The notes: generated by a model not told the origin, from the sequence alone. Shown: positions 24,857-33,975, numbered from the stretch's first letter. The stretch is DNA of 52,905 bases from Candidatus Enterousia scatequi (GCA_018064405.1 JAGHVG010000001.1:1-52905); one strand, 5' to 3'. Numbers and translations are program-made.

Positions 24857-26326
24857 TTATTTCCCCATGATTTTTGTTGGACGGTTGTCAATGTTTGCAA
24901 ATTGTTCAATATGTTTTGCCAGTTGCAGTGCACGCATATCATCAAATCTGCGACCAACAACCTGAACACCCAATGGCAGGCCATTTAATGCGATTCCCGC
25001 AGGAACACTGACCGCCGGAATGCCAGCCAGGTTCATCGCAACCGTAAATAAATCGAGTGCATAGTATTCCAATGGGGTTAAATCTGAATCCAGTGGCATT
25101 GCTGTTCCTGCACCAGATGGGCATAAAATTAAATCACATTGTTCAAATGCAGATTTGAAACTATCTGCAATCATACGACGAACACGTGCCGCCTGCATGA
25201 AATATACTTCGTATGATTCACTGGATAGAACTGCGGTACCGATAATCATACGGCGTTGCACTTCGTCACCAAAACCGGCAGCGCGCGTTTTTTTGTATGT
25301 GTCCAACAGGTCGGTTCCTTCAACGCGCAGACCATAGCGCATACCGTCGTATCGTGCCAGGTTTGATGATGCCTCTGCCGGGGCAATAATGTAATATGCC
25401 GCCAATGCATCCAATATGTTTGGTATAGATACCTCAATCACTTCGGCCCCTGCAGACTTCAAATCAGAAATGCGTGATTCAAATATCTGTTTCATATCAT
25501 CAGAAATCTTAACATTTGCGAATTCTTTGATAATACCAATCTTTAATTTTTTACCGTCACCCAAAATAGGTTTCAAATTTCCGTCTGATTCAAAATGTGC
25601 GTTTGGTGCGCTGGTTGAATCCTTAGGGTCATGACCGGCCATCGCGGTTAGCATTAATGCGGCATCATCAACAGTGCGGGCAATTGGTCCCGGTGTGTCC
25701 AGTGATGATGCAAATGCAACGCATCCCCAACGTGAGCACAAACCGTATGTTGGCTTTACACCAACCAGACCGGTTATAGATGCTGGAAAACGAATTGATC
25801 CACCTGTGTCAGTTCCCGTTGCAGCGATAGCAAGTCCACCAGCCACCGCAGATGTTGATCCGCCCGATGACCCGCCAGCGGTTAAACGTTTTTCAATTTG
25901 CCATGGGTTGACAGGTGCACCAAAATATGATGTTTTTGAAAATGTCCCCATCGCGAATTCGTCCAAATTTGCCTTGCCCAATAAAACCGTTCCTGCATCA
26001 ATAAATTTTTGTGATATAGTTGATTCATATTCAGGGACAAAGTTTTCCAACATATGTGATGCCGCCGTTGTGCGAATACCACGTGTTGCAAATAAATCCT
26101 TCATTGCGATTGGCATACCGTCCAATAATTTGGCGGTGCCATTGGCATAACGTTCATCCGCCGCCGCCGCATCAGATAACGCACGTTCAGGTGTTGTTGT
26201 GATATAGCAATTCAAATCAGTGCCATATTTTTCAATACGTTCCAAATACGCATGTGTTAATTCAGTTGCGGAAATTTCACGCGATTTTAATTTTTGTAGT
26301 GCTTCAACAATCGTTAAATCAATCAT
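24857..26326 (-). CDS. gatA: Glutamyl-tRNA(Gln) amidotransferase subunit A
   Basis: Amidase signature GGSSGGSTSAVAGG...GTDTGGSIRFPA; 489 aa. Confidence 0.95.
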   Translation of the reverse strand: MIDLTIVEALQKLKSREISATELTHAYLERIEKYGTDLNCYITTTPERALSDAAAADERYANGTAKLLDGMPIAMKDLFATRGIRTTAASHMLENFVPEYESTISQKFIDAGTVLLGKANLDEFAMGTFSKTSYFGAPVNPWQIEKRLTAGGSSGGSTSAVAGGLAIAATGTDTGGSIRFPASITGLVGVKPTYGLCSRWGCVAFASSLDTPGPIARTVDDAALMLTAMAGHDPKDSTSAPNAHFESDGNLKPILGDGKKLKIGIIKEFANVKISDDMKQIFESRISDLKSAGAEVIEVSIPNILDALAAYYIIAPAEASSNLARYDGMRYGLRVEGTDLLDTYKKTRAAGFGDEVQRRMIIGTAVLSSESYEVYFMQAARVRRMIADSFKSAFEQCDLILCPSGAGTAMPLDSDLTPLEYYALDLFTVAMNLAGIPAVSVPAGIALNGLPLGVQVVGRRFDDMRALQLAKHIEQFANIDNRPTKIMGK

Positions 26327-26343
26327 AATATTCTTTCCTGAGT

Positions 26344-26619
26344 TTATCTGTTGTTTAAATAGTTTTGCAAAAATTTATTTATTACAACATTTGTTAAATA
26401 ACAATGTGAATTAATATTTACTTTTGTGCTGACATCAATAATGTCGCCAACTTTATGCGAAAATTTTCTACTATTACTATTTAAGATACCGACACATTTG
26501 GTTGGTTTTTTTTCAGTATAATAGACCTCTAATTGGTATGGTGCACGCTTTGAATAATATATATTAAATTTGTTATCCATAGGAATAATCGTAACAGTCT
26601 TGGTAATTGTTTGTTTCAT
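26344..26619 (-). CDS. Hypothetical protein (91 aa) inserted between gatC and gatA
   Basis: GGGGGGA SD 6 nt upstream. Looks markedly more AT-rich than its neighbours (by eye). No recognised motif. Confidence 0.55.
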   Translation of the reverse strand: MKQTITKTVTIIPMDNKFNIYYSKRAPYQLEVYYTEKKPTKCVGILNSNSRKFSHKVGDIIDVSTKVNINSHCYLTNVVINKFLQNYLNNR

Positions 26620-26634
26620 AGCGTCCCCCCTGTA

Positions 26635-26934
26635 TTATTCGTCCATCACTTTTGGAACGGCAAAATATCCACGCGATACACCAGCGGTGTCCGGATCGTT
26701 TGCCATAATTTCAGACCGCATATTTGGTTCGGTCACAATATCATCGCGCAGTGGTAATTTGTGTTCGGCTGGATTTAACATAGGTTCAACCCCAGCAGTA
26801 TCAATTTTTTGTAATTTGTTTAACCATTCAATCACAGAATCTATATTCATCTGTTCCAGTTTTTCATCCGATATATCAATGTGAATAAGGTCTGCAAATT
26901 TGTGTAATTGTTGCTTGCTAAATGCCATTTTCAA
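26635..26934 (-). CDS. gatC: Glutamyl-tRNA(Gln) amidotransferase subunit C
   Basis: 99 aa; ...LADLIHIDISDEKLE...LNKLQKIDT..VEP...RDD... is the GatC pattern. Confidence 0.9.
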   Translation of the reverse strand: MKMAFSKQQLHKFADLIHIDISDEKLEQMNIDSVIEWLNKLQKIDTAGVEPMLNPAEHKLPLRDDIVTEPNMRSEIMANDPDTAGVSRGYFAVPKVMDE

Positions 26935-26965
26935 TCCTATTATTTAAAAGTAAAGGAATTATACT

Positions 26966-27403
26966 ATGATTTTGCCAGATTTCAAGGATTTTCCACACTC
27001 AGGACGTGTTTTAGGCATAGATTGGGGGGCGCGTCGCGTTGGGATTGCTGTATCAGATGATGCGCGTCAAATGGTTTTTGTCAGACCAGTTGTTGATGGC
27101 GCAAAATCTGTTGATGTGGTGGTGCAAATTGTTCGTGATGATAAAATATCTGGGGTTGTTATTGGGTTGCCCCTGCGGACAGATGGTTCGGAATCTGAAA
27201 CCACCAATCAGGTTAGAGCGTTTGCAGATAATTTATCTAAAATTACAAATGTACCAATTGCGTTTGTTGATGAAACGTTGTCTTCCCATTTTGCCCAGGA
27301 ATCTATGGGTCGGGTGCGCGTTCGCGATATCAAAGAAAAACTGGATTCCGAATCGGCACGTCTTATTCTGGAAAATGCGCTTGCTTTGATTGCCAGACAA
27401 TAA
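26966..27403 (+). CDS. ruvX: Putative pre-16S rRNA nuclease / Holliday-junction-resolvase-like YqgF (RuvX)
   Basis: GRVLGIDWGARRVGIAVSD N-terminus and VVIGLPLRTDGSES motif; 145 aa. Confidence 0.9.
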   Translation: MILPDFKDFPHSGRVLGIDWGARRVGIAVSDDARQMVFVRPVVDGAKSVDVVVQIVRDDKISGVVIGLPLRTDGSESETTNQVRAFADNLSKITNVPIAFVDETLSSHFAQESMGRVRVRDIKEKLDSESARLILENALALIARQ

Positions 27404-27404
27404 A

Positions 27405-28451
27405 TTATTTGATTTTTGTTTTTTCGGGTATTGTGCCATCTGCGGACAGTAAAACCGCAATCCAACGTGTTGAATCAAATTGGGCGGCGGCAACATATAG
27501 TGCAACCAAAATAGGCACGCTGAAAAACATTCCTGCAATTCCCCAGATTAATCCCCAAAATACCAAATTTACTAATATTGCCAGTGTTGATATGTTTAAT
27601 GCTTTGCCTGTTAGTTTTGGATCAAGGATATTCCCCCATAAAATTTGAAGACCAATTAGTCCCAGGGCAGTTAATATTGCCATATCTAATCCGTTACCTG
27701 AAATTAATGCAAACAATATTGGCAGGCCACATGCAACAACGGAACCAATTGTTGGAATATAATTTAGCAAGAACAGTAAAAATGCCCAAACACCCGCAAA
27801 TTCCAATCCAATTGCGCGTAACCATATGTATCCACAAATGCCGGTCGCCAGTGATATAATCGTTTTCATAAATAAATATTTTTTCATGTTGTTATCTATA
27901 CTGGATAGTATAAAACGTATTTTTTTTGATTTGGCATTGTCTGTGAATAAGTGCGACAGTTTGTTTTCAAATGTTCCCTGTTCAATAAACAAAAATAACA
28001 TATAAATCAAAATCATTCCAACAGATGCCGCCAATGATGCAACAGAAGAACCAACCGACTTTGCAATTTGTGGAATGTTCGGAATCATATTGATGTCAAA
28101 TTTGAAACCGAATGATTCAGACAAGAATTCACCAAACAAACTTAATTTGCGTTGCAGTTCGGGCAATATGCCCATGAATTCTGAAAACATGGGCTTAATC
28201 TGGGTTGCAATCAATAAGATGAGCAGACCCATGGTTATCAGTGATAAAAATAATGATATAAAATTATAAAAACAATATTGTGTGCAGTGTTTACAATCAT
28301 TTTTGTTTTGATATGGCAACGCATGACGATAATATGTTGCGATTGCGTTTATTAAATACCAAAAAAAGACCGCAACAAAAAAGGGAATTAAAATCGGTCG
28401 TCCAATCCAAAGAATAAAAATACTGGATATTGCAATAATTATTTTATTCAT
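27405..28451 (-). CDS. AI-2E family transporter (PerM/YhhT-like permease)
   Basis: About 8 TM helices with the characteristic ...IPTIGSVVA...LNISTLAILVNLVFWGLIWGIAGMFFSVPI region. Confidence 0.8.
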   Translation of the reverse strand: MNKIIIAISSIFILWIGRPILIPFFVAVFFWYLINAIATYYRHALPYQNKNDCKHCTQYCFYNFISLFLSLITMGLLILLIATQIKPMFSEFMGILPELQRKLSLFGEFLSESFGFKFDINMIPNIPQIAKSVGSSVASLAASVGMILIYMLFLFIEQGTFENKLSHLFTDNAKSKKIRFILSSIDNNMKKYLFMKTIISLATGICGYIWLRAIGLEFAGVWAFLLFLLNYIPTIGSVVACGLPILFALISGNGLDMAILTALGLIGLQILWGNILDPKLTGKALNISTLAILVNLVFWGLIWGIAGMFFSVPILVALYVAAAQFDSTRWIAVLLSADGTIPEKTKIK

Positions 28452-28467
28452 AGTGTACTTCCTTTGG

Positions 28468-29139
28468 TTATATTATCTTGCCATTTGATATGGTTGTTGT
28501 GTCTGTGGGCGAAATTAAATCGGCAAAAGATGATTGGTGGCTGATAAACATAAATGTTGTTTCTGGCATTTGTTTAACAGTTGTTGCAATTAATTTTTGT
28601 GTTTCTGCATCAGATCCAGAGTCAGCCTCATCTAAAATCGCCAGTTTCGGTTTTGTCATTATCAAGCGTAATAACATTATTTTTTTTCTTTCGCCACCCG
28701 AAAACCCAACGTTAATATACCTGTTTAACCAATCGCGTGGAATTGATAATTGTTCGCGGGCATCTTCAATGTTTGATAAAAATTCTGCCATGGATAAATC
28801 GCGACCAGTATCAAAATGCATGTGCGCAGATATGGAATGTTTCAAAAAACTAAGTACAGTTAAACCCGGAATTTCAGGAACATTTTGTGCACCAATAAAT
28901 ATGCCACGTAATGCACGATTGGTTGCGTTTTCGTTTGTGATGTCGGTGCCTTCTAGTAGAATTTGACCGGATGTTATTTTGTATTTTGGATCGCCAGCAA
29001 TAGTTGATACAAGTGTTGATTTTCCAGATCCATTATGTCCAGACAATAAATGACGTGCGCCATCCTGTACATTAATGTTTATGTTGTGCAAAATTTCTTT
29101 GGTTTCAAACGCAACTGATAAATTTTTTATTTCTAGCAT
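28468..29139 (-). CDS. sufC: Fe-S cluster assembly ATPase SufC
   Basis: Walker A GHNGSGKST, signature FSGGERKK, Walker B ILDEADSGSD. Immediately downstream of sufB. Confidence 0.9.
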   Translation of the reverse strand: MLEIKNLSVAFETKEILHNININVQDGARHLLSGHNGSGKSTLVSTIAGDPKYKITSGQILLEGTDITNENATNRALRGIFIGAQNVPEIPGLTVLSFLKHSISAHMHFDTGRDLSMAEFLSNIEDAREQLSIPRDWLNRYINVGFSGGERKKIMLLRLIMTKPKLAILDEADSGSDAETQKLIATTVKQMPETTFMFISHQSSFADLISPTDTTTISNGKII

Positions 29140-29143
29140 GCTT

Positions 29144-30472
29144 CTAATCCTTTGATATCGCCATTTGTATTAACTGTTTTGATTCTACTAAAAATTCCAT
29201 GGGCAACCTTTCAATAACGGGTGATGCATTTGCACCGATTATCAATGCAGTTGCTGTGTCTGAATCAATTCCACCCATTTCTAAGTATAATAATGTTGCT
29301 GGGTCTATGGCACCGGTTGTGGCTTCGTGTGATTGGTGATTTGTTCCGTTGCTGTGAACAATGGTTGGTAATGTATTCGCAACTGCGTTATCCCCGATTA
29401 TGCGTGAATCACATTTTGATGCGTTTGTACAGTTGTCACCAATAAAGTTAACCATACTCCTAAACGTTTGTCGCGATTCATCCAACGCAACACCGTATGA
29501 TAATATGTTTGATGTTGTATTGTTACCAACGTGAATCATTTTCGTACCCGTATCAGATTGTTGTGCGCCACGTGTAATTGTTAAAGAATAAAAATCGCTA
29601 TGCGCATTGTTTCCGGATAAAATCGTAGATGGATATTTCCATGTCATTGCAGATCCGATTTCTATCTGGGTCCAATCTAATGACGCATTATTTTCGCATT
29701 TACCACGTTTGGTCACAAAGTTTAATATGCCACCTGATTGGGTGCCACCAGTATATTTCCCAGAATACCAATTTTGAACAGTGGAATATTTTACATGCGC
29801 GTTGTCTTTTACAATAATTTCAACAACCCCGCTGTGTAATTGGTGGTTTGGACGTCGTGGGGCACTGCAACCTTCCATATAACTAAGTTCGGAACCCTTG
29901 TCGGCGATAATAAGCGTTCGTTCAAATTGTCCTATTTTGGCGGTTTCTATACGAAAATAACTGGCCAAATCAATTGGGCACCTGACATTTTCGGGGATAT
30001 ATACAAATGTTCCATCGGAAAATACGGCTGAATTCAATGCTGCGAAGAAATTATCTGTTTTGGGAACGACACTGCCCAGATACTGTTTTACTAAATCCGG
30101 GTATAAATGGACCGCGTCAGACATTGGTAAAAATATTATTCCTAGTTTTTTCAATTCGTCTGTATAGGATGTGTGTACAGATTTGCTATCAATTACCGTA
30201 TCTGTTGCCATCCCAAGTAATGCCTGTTGTTCTGAATCTGGTAACCCCATTTTTTTATAGGTTTCAATCAATTCTGAATTGTCAATGTGTGCAGTATCGT
30301 TATAATAATTTAAATCGTTATAGTTTATTGGGGCGTAATCTATTTCAGCCCAATGCGGTTCGGACATTTTTTGCCATTCGCGAAAAGCATCTAGGCGCCA
30401 ATCAAGCAACCATTTGGGTTCTTGTCTGCGAAGCGATATTTCACGAATAAGATTTTCAGATATCCCTGTCAT
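29144..30472 (-). CDS. sufB: Fe-S cluster assembly scaffold SufB
   Basis: N-terminus LIREISLRRQEPKWLLDWRLDAFREWQKMSEPHW is SufB-like, followed by a beta-helix core (..GVVEIIVKDNAHVKYSTVQNW..); 442 aa. Confidence 0.9.
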   Translation of the reverse strand: MTGISENLIREISLRRQEPKWLLDWRLDAFREWQKMSEPHWAEIDYAPINYNDLNYYNDTAHIDNSELIETYKKMGLPDSEQQALLGMATDTVIDSKSVHTSYTDELKKLGIIFLPMSDAVHLYPDLVKQYLGSVVPKTDNFFAALNSAVFSDGTFVYIPENVRCPIDLASYFRIETAKIGQFERTLIIADKGSELSYMEGCSAPRRPNHQLHSGVVEIIVKDNAHVKYSTVQNWYSGKYTGGTQSGGILNFVTKRGKCENNASLDWTQIEIGSAMTWKYPSTILSGNNAHSDFYSLTITRGAQQSDTGTKMIHVGNNTTSNILSYGVALDESRQTFRSMVNFIGDNCTNASKCDSRIIGDNAVANTLPTIVHSNGTNHQSHEATTGAIDPATLLYLEMGGIDSDTATALIIGANASPVIERLPMEFLVESKQLIQMAISKD

Positions 30473-31013
30473 TGCCTGTTGGTGCTGCTAGTTGTTGGGC
30501 CTGGGCAAAAAAGGTTATAGATTGTCCAAGTAGACCATCAGTAAATGTCGATGTAAGAATGCCATCAGGATCAGTTGTTGTTAAATAATTTAACAATTTG
30601 TTTGCACGTGCCATATAGTTATCAACGTTGCGTGCAATTTCAGGGTCTAGTTTTATTCCACGACGTAATTTTTCAAGTACGAATGGGTTCTTGGCGTATT
30701 CGTCCATTATGCCGCCGATTGCCCGCCATAATGGATGTTCGTTTGTTGATCGGGGCATTACATCCGTTAATGCCATAATGGGAATCAGGGCCTGCAATAA
30801 ATCTTCGTAAATAATTTCTGCGTGCTCTGCGACAGTGTTTGTCGCGTTCTTCGTTTTTAATACAGATTGTATTTTTACAATAAGGTTATATTGGTATTCC
30901 AATGTCTTATTTATGTTTGCGATGCGGTTGCTGTTTTTATATTCATAAATCAGTATGACCAAAATGCCAATTATTAGTGTGCCGAATAGAGTTAATAGCA
31001 GTATATTATTCAT
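30456..31013 (-). CDS. Hypothetical membrane-anchored protein (185 aa)
   Basis: One N-terminal TM helix and a helical remainder. Overlaps the sufB start by 17 nt. No recognised motif. Confidence 0.55.
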   Translation of the reverse strand: MNNILLLTLFGTLIIGILVILIYEYKNSNRIANINKTLEYQYNLIVKIQSVLKTKNATNTVAEHAEIIYEDLLQALIPIMALTDVMPRSTNEHPLWRAIGGIMDEYAKNPFVLEKLRRGIKLDPEIARNVDNYMARANKLLNYLTTTDPDGILTSTFTDGLLGQSITFFAQAQQLAAPTGNDRDI

Positions 31014-31091
31014 ATAAAACCTCGTTTAGTGGACAGTATAACATATATTTTTCCGATTCGCTGAAATTTATATAGCGTATCATTTTAGCCC

Positions 31092-31120
31092 TTGCACCGA
31101 TTCGACCAAATTGTTATAAT
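31092..31120 (+). promoter_or_regulatory. Sigma70-type promoter (TTGCAC-17-TATAAT) for the secretin module
   Basis: TTGCAC 31092-31097 and TATAAT 31115-31120. Confidence 0.5.
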
Positions 31121-31155
31121 AAAAATAATTTAAGGATTTAGGAAAGGAAAATACT

Positions 31156-32073
31156 ATGTTCCGTAAGATTTTGATTATAGCAATGTCTATGACTGCAGCG
31201 GGCTATTGCTTTGCTGCTGATGGATTACCACAGGTTGTCACATCAGAAGTTTTTTATTCGCAGGATCGTGATATTGATGAAAATGTTTATGTTGATACGG
31301 TTGATGTACAACGTAGCATAGAACGTCCGGTTGCGGTTCCGGCGTGGCCAATTGTTGGTTCTGATGCCGATGTTACGGTCGGTTGTGGTGATTCGGTGTG
31401 TTCTGATGCGTCTGATGATAATATTCGTATTGTTTCTAAGATTGGTAATGATTTAATCATAGAAAACAATTTTGATTTAGGGGCACGGGGGGATTTTACA
31501 GGTTGGTCCGGTGGCGCAAATATGTTACATGGTAATCAAATTCCTGTCGGATTTGATGATGAATGTGCGTCTGGATTGGAAATGCCACTGTTGCGTCGCG
31601 AAGTGTTAGAGGATGATGGTGGTAATGTGTTGGCTGTGTCACGCAGTGCGCGAAAAAATTGTACTAAATATGCAGATGGTTATACGGCTTACTTGGCACG
31701 TATGGGATTGACCGAGAAAGATGTTGACCAGGGGGCCGAGATAACCCAAGAAGTTACAGAAGAAGAAATTGGGGTAAACGTCACTGCTGATGCGGAATCG
31801 CCCGCGATATTAATGGATCAGGTGCGTTCATGGGTTGTTGCAAATGGTCAAACCTTGCGTGAGGTTTTGCAAAACTGGTGTGACAAAGAAGGTTGGGATT
31901 TGGTGTGGACAACATCACGCGAATATCCAATAGAAGCAAGTGCTGTGTTCAAAGGACGTTTTGTTGATGTCGCGTCTGCGTTGGTTCGGAATTTTGGTCG
32001 TGCAACACCTGTCCCGTATGCAAAATTTTACAAAGGGAATCGTGTGTTGGTGATTTCCACAACCGAAGAATAG
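31156..32073 (+). CDS. Exported protein with C-terminal TcpQ/PilL-type domain
   Basis: Signal peptide and an acidic N-terminal part. The C-terminus WVVANGQTLREVLQNWCDKEGWDLVWTTSREYPIEASAVFKGRFVDVASALVRNF...YKGNRVLVI matches the TcpQ/PilL C-terminal domain pattern as I remember it. Confidence 0.65.
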   Translation: MFRKILIIAMSMTAAGYCFAADGLPQVVTSEVFYSQDRDIDENVYVDTVDVQRSIERPVAVPAWPIVGSDADVTVGCGDSVCSDASDDNIRIVSKIGNDLIIENNFDLGARGDFTGWSGGANMLHGNQIPVGFDDECASGLEMPLLRREVLEDDGGNVLAVSRSARKNCTKYADGYTAYLARMGLTEKDVDQGAEITQEVTEEEIGVNVTADAESPAILMDQVRSWVVANGQTLREVLQNWCDKEGWDLVWTTSREYPIEASAVFKGRFVDVASALVRNFGRATPVPYAKFYKGNRVLVISTTEE

Positions 32074-32106
32074 TTAGGGTATTCAATCGCCGTAGGAGAA
32101 ATGAGT

Positions 32107-33663
32107 ATGAAAAAATTTATGGAATTATTTGTCGTATGCGGAATTGTTTGCGCGGGGTTGGTTGGGTGCGCAACAAAATATTCAGCAGAGGTTGCAGGAA
32201 CTGTTGATCAGGATTTTGTTAATGCGTATGATGCGTTTGAAATGGCTAAAAATCCACGCGCACGTGTTGCAAGTGGTGATACTGTTTCTATGTCTGAAGG
32301 TGTGTGGCTGGGCAATAAATCAACGGTCTTGGAACATCGGAATAGTTTGCCTGCGGCATTAGAAACGGATACAGGTGTTACATTATTAATGGATGAACCG
32401 GTTACAATTCAGGTTTTGGCAAATAATATTAATTCGGTTACAGGAATCCCGGTAAAAATTGATAGCCAGGTAGATTCTGAAAAACTGAAAAAAACAATGA
32501 ATGTTGCGTATACTGGTAAGTTGTCTGGATTGTTATCCCAGGTTGCAACTGATTTGGATTTACTGTGGTATTATGATAAGAATTCTATTGTTTTTTATGA
32601 AACAGAAACACGCACGTTTACATTGTATGCGCTGGGGACAGATATTTCATATCAAACCTCTGTTGAAACAGACAATAATAACCAAGTATCTTTGGAATCC
32701 ACGTTAAAGGAATGGGATGAAGTTGAAAATGCTATAAATGCAATTATTGGACGTAACAGTAATTCTGAATTTACGGTATCACGCAGTTTGGGAACAATAA
32801 CTGTTACTGCATCACCATCGGTATTGGCACGTGTTGGTGAATATATAGAAAAACAAAATAAACGTCTGTCACAGTTGGTGACTATTGATGTCAAAGTTTT
32901 GCAGGTGTCGATTGCAAATAATTCTGCGTTTGGGTTAAATTTGGCTGCGGCTGTTAATACTGTATCGGGATTGGAAATAGTATCCAACCCAAAGACCCCG
33001 TTGGCCACAACAGAGGCAAGTTCATTAAATGTTGCAGTATTAAAAGAAGCCGCAGCGGGTGGATCGTTGGAACGTGTTGCGGGATCTAGCGCATTGGTTC
33101 AGGCGTTGGCAAAACAGGGCAAGGTTTCGTTGGTTACAAACGTTGGTGTCACAACCCGTAATAATCGTGTTGCGCCGGTGAACAACACGACACGTACCGG
33201 ATATATTAAACGTTTTGAATCGCGTAACTTTACGACCGTTGAATCATCAACTGTTGACCAGGAAGATTTGGAAACTGGTTTTTCAATGCAGTTATTGCCA
33301 AATGTTTTGGAAAATGGGCGTATATTGTTGTTGTTCAGAATGTCTGTTCGTGAATTGTTAAAGATGAACACGCAGACGATAGGTGAAGTGACTCTGCAAT
33401 TACCAGAAGTGGAAGAACGTAGTTTTATGCAGGAAGTTATTATGGAATCGGGTCAAATGTTGGTGGTTTCTGGGTTTGAAAAACAAACAAATAATGATAC
33501 ACGTTATGGCTTAGGCGAAGCGGACTTTATGGCGCTGTCTGGATCACGTGAAAGCAAATCGGAACGTGATGTGTTGGTCGTTATTTTGACCCCGCAGGTT
33601 TTGATTAGTCCTATGGATGCTGAAAGAACAATTCAGCAACATTGGGGTGCACCGTTAAATTAA
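32107..33663 (+). CDS. Lipoprotein secretin, type IVb pilus (R64 PilN / TcpC / BfpB-like) family
   Basis: Lipobox GLVGC. C-terminal secretin domain (VTTRNNRVAPVNNTT..., GFSMQLLPNVLENGRILLLFRMSV, PEVEERSFMQEVIMESGQMLVVSGF, RDVLVVILTPQVL). AGGAG at 32094-32098 favours the ATG at 32107 over 32101. Confidence 0.8.
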   Translation: MKKFMELFVVCGIVCAGLVGCATKYSAEVAGTVDQDFVNAYDAFEMAKNPRARVASGDTVSMSEGVWLGNKSTVLEHRNSLPAALETDTGVTLLMDEPVTIQVLANNINSVTGIPVKIDSQVDSEKLKKTMNVAYTGKLSGLLSQVATDLDLLWYYDKNSIVFYETETRTFTLYALGTDISYQTSVETDNNNQVSLESTLKEWDEVENAINAIIGRNSNSEFTVSRSLGTITVTASPSVLARVGEYIEKQNKRLSQLVTIDVKVLQVSIANNSAFGLNLAAAVNTVSGLEIVSNPKTPLATTEASSLNVAVLKEAAAGGSLERVAGSSALVQALAKQGKVSLVTNVGVTTRNNRVAPVNNTTRTGYIKRFESRNFTTVESSTVDQEDLETGFSMQLLPNVLENGRILLLFRMSVRELLKMNTQTIGEVTLQLPEVEERSFMQEVIMESGQMLVVSGFEKQTNNDTRYGLGEADFMALSGSRESKSERDVLVVILTPQVLISPMDAERTIQQHWGAPLN

Positions 33664-33686
33664 ACGTTTTCGTATAGAGGGGTGTC

Positions 33687-33974
33687 ATGTTTAAGTGGAC
33701 TTCGTTTTTGTACGTTTTTAGTTTGGTTTGTTTGATGAGTGTTGTATCTGTTGCGGATCCTGTTCCTGCAAGTTTAACCACAAAAAGTTATGTTGATTCT
33801 GCTGTTGCTTATGTGTCAGCGAAAATACCTAATTCTTATACAAAAACAGAAACTGATAATTTATTAAATGCTAAAGCCTCATCTGACGATGTGCGTTTTA
33901 ATACTGTTGCAACGTCGCAACCTGAGGGTAGCCCCCCTGAGGGTCAGGTATTTATATGGGTTTCTACAAATTAA
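33687..33974 (+). CDS. Small exported protein (95 aa) with phage-tail-fibre-like sequence motifs
   Basis: Signal peptide ...MSVVSVA/DP, then TTKSYVDSAVAYVSAKI and YTKTETDNLLNAKA. GAGGGG SD. Confidence 0.55.
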   Translation: MFKWTSFLYVFSLVCLMSVVSVADPVPASLTTKSYVDSAVAYVSAKIPNSYTKTETDNLLNAKASSDDVRFNTVATSQPEGSPPEGQVFIWVSTN

Positions 33975-33975
33975 T

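Noticed and set aside
23102-26202. Several plus-strand ORFs (for example 23505-23957, 25674-26150) across gatB/gatA, and likewise 28478-28966 across sufC and 30007-30450 across sufB
   Set aside because: All are antisense to strongly supported housekeeping genes. None has an SD or a conserved motif.
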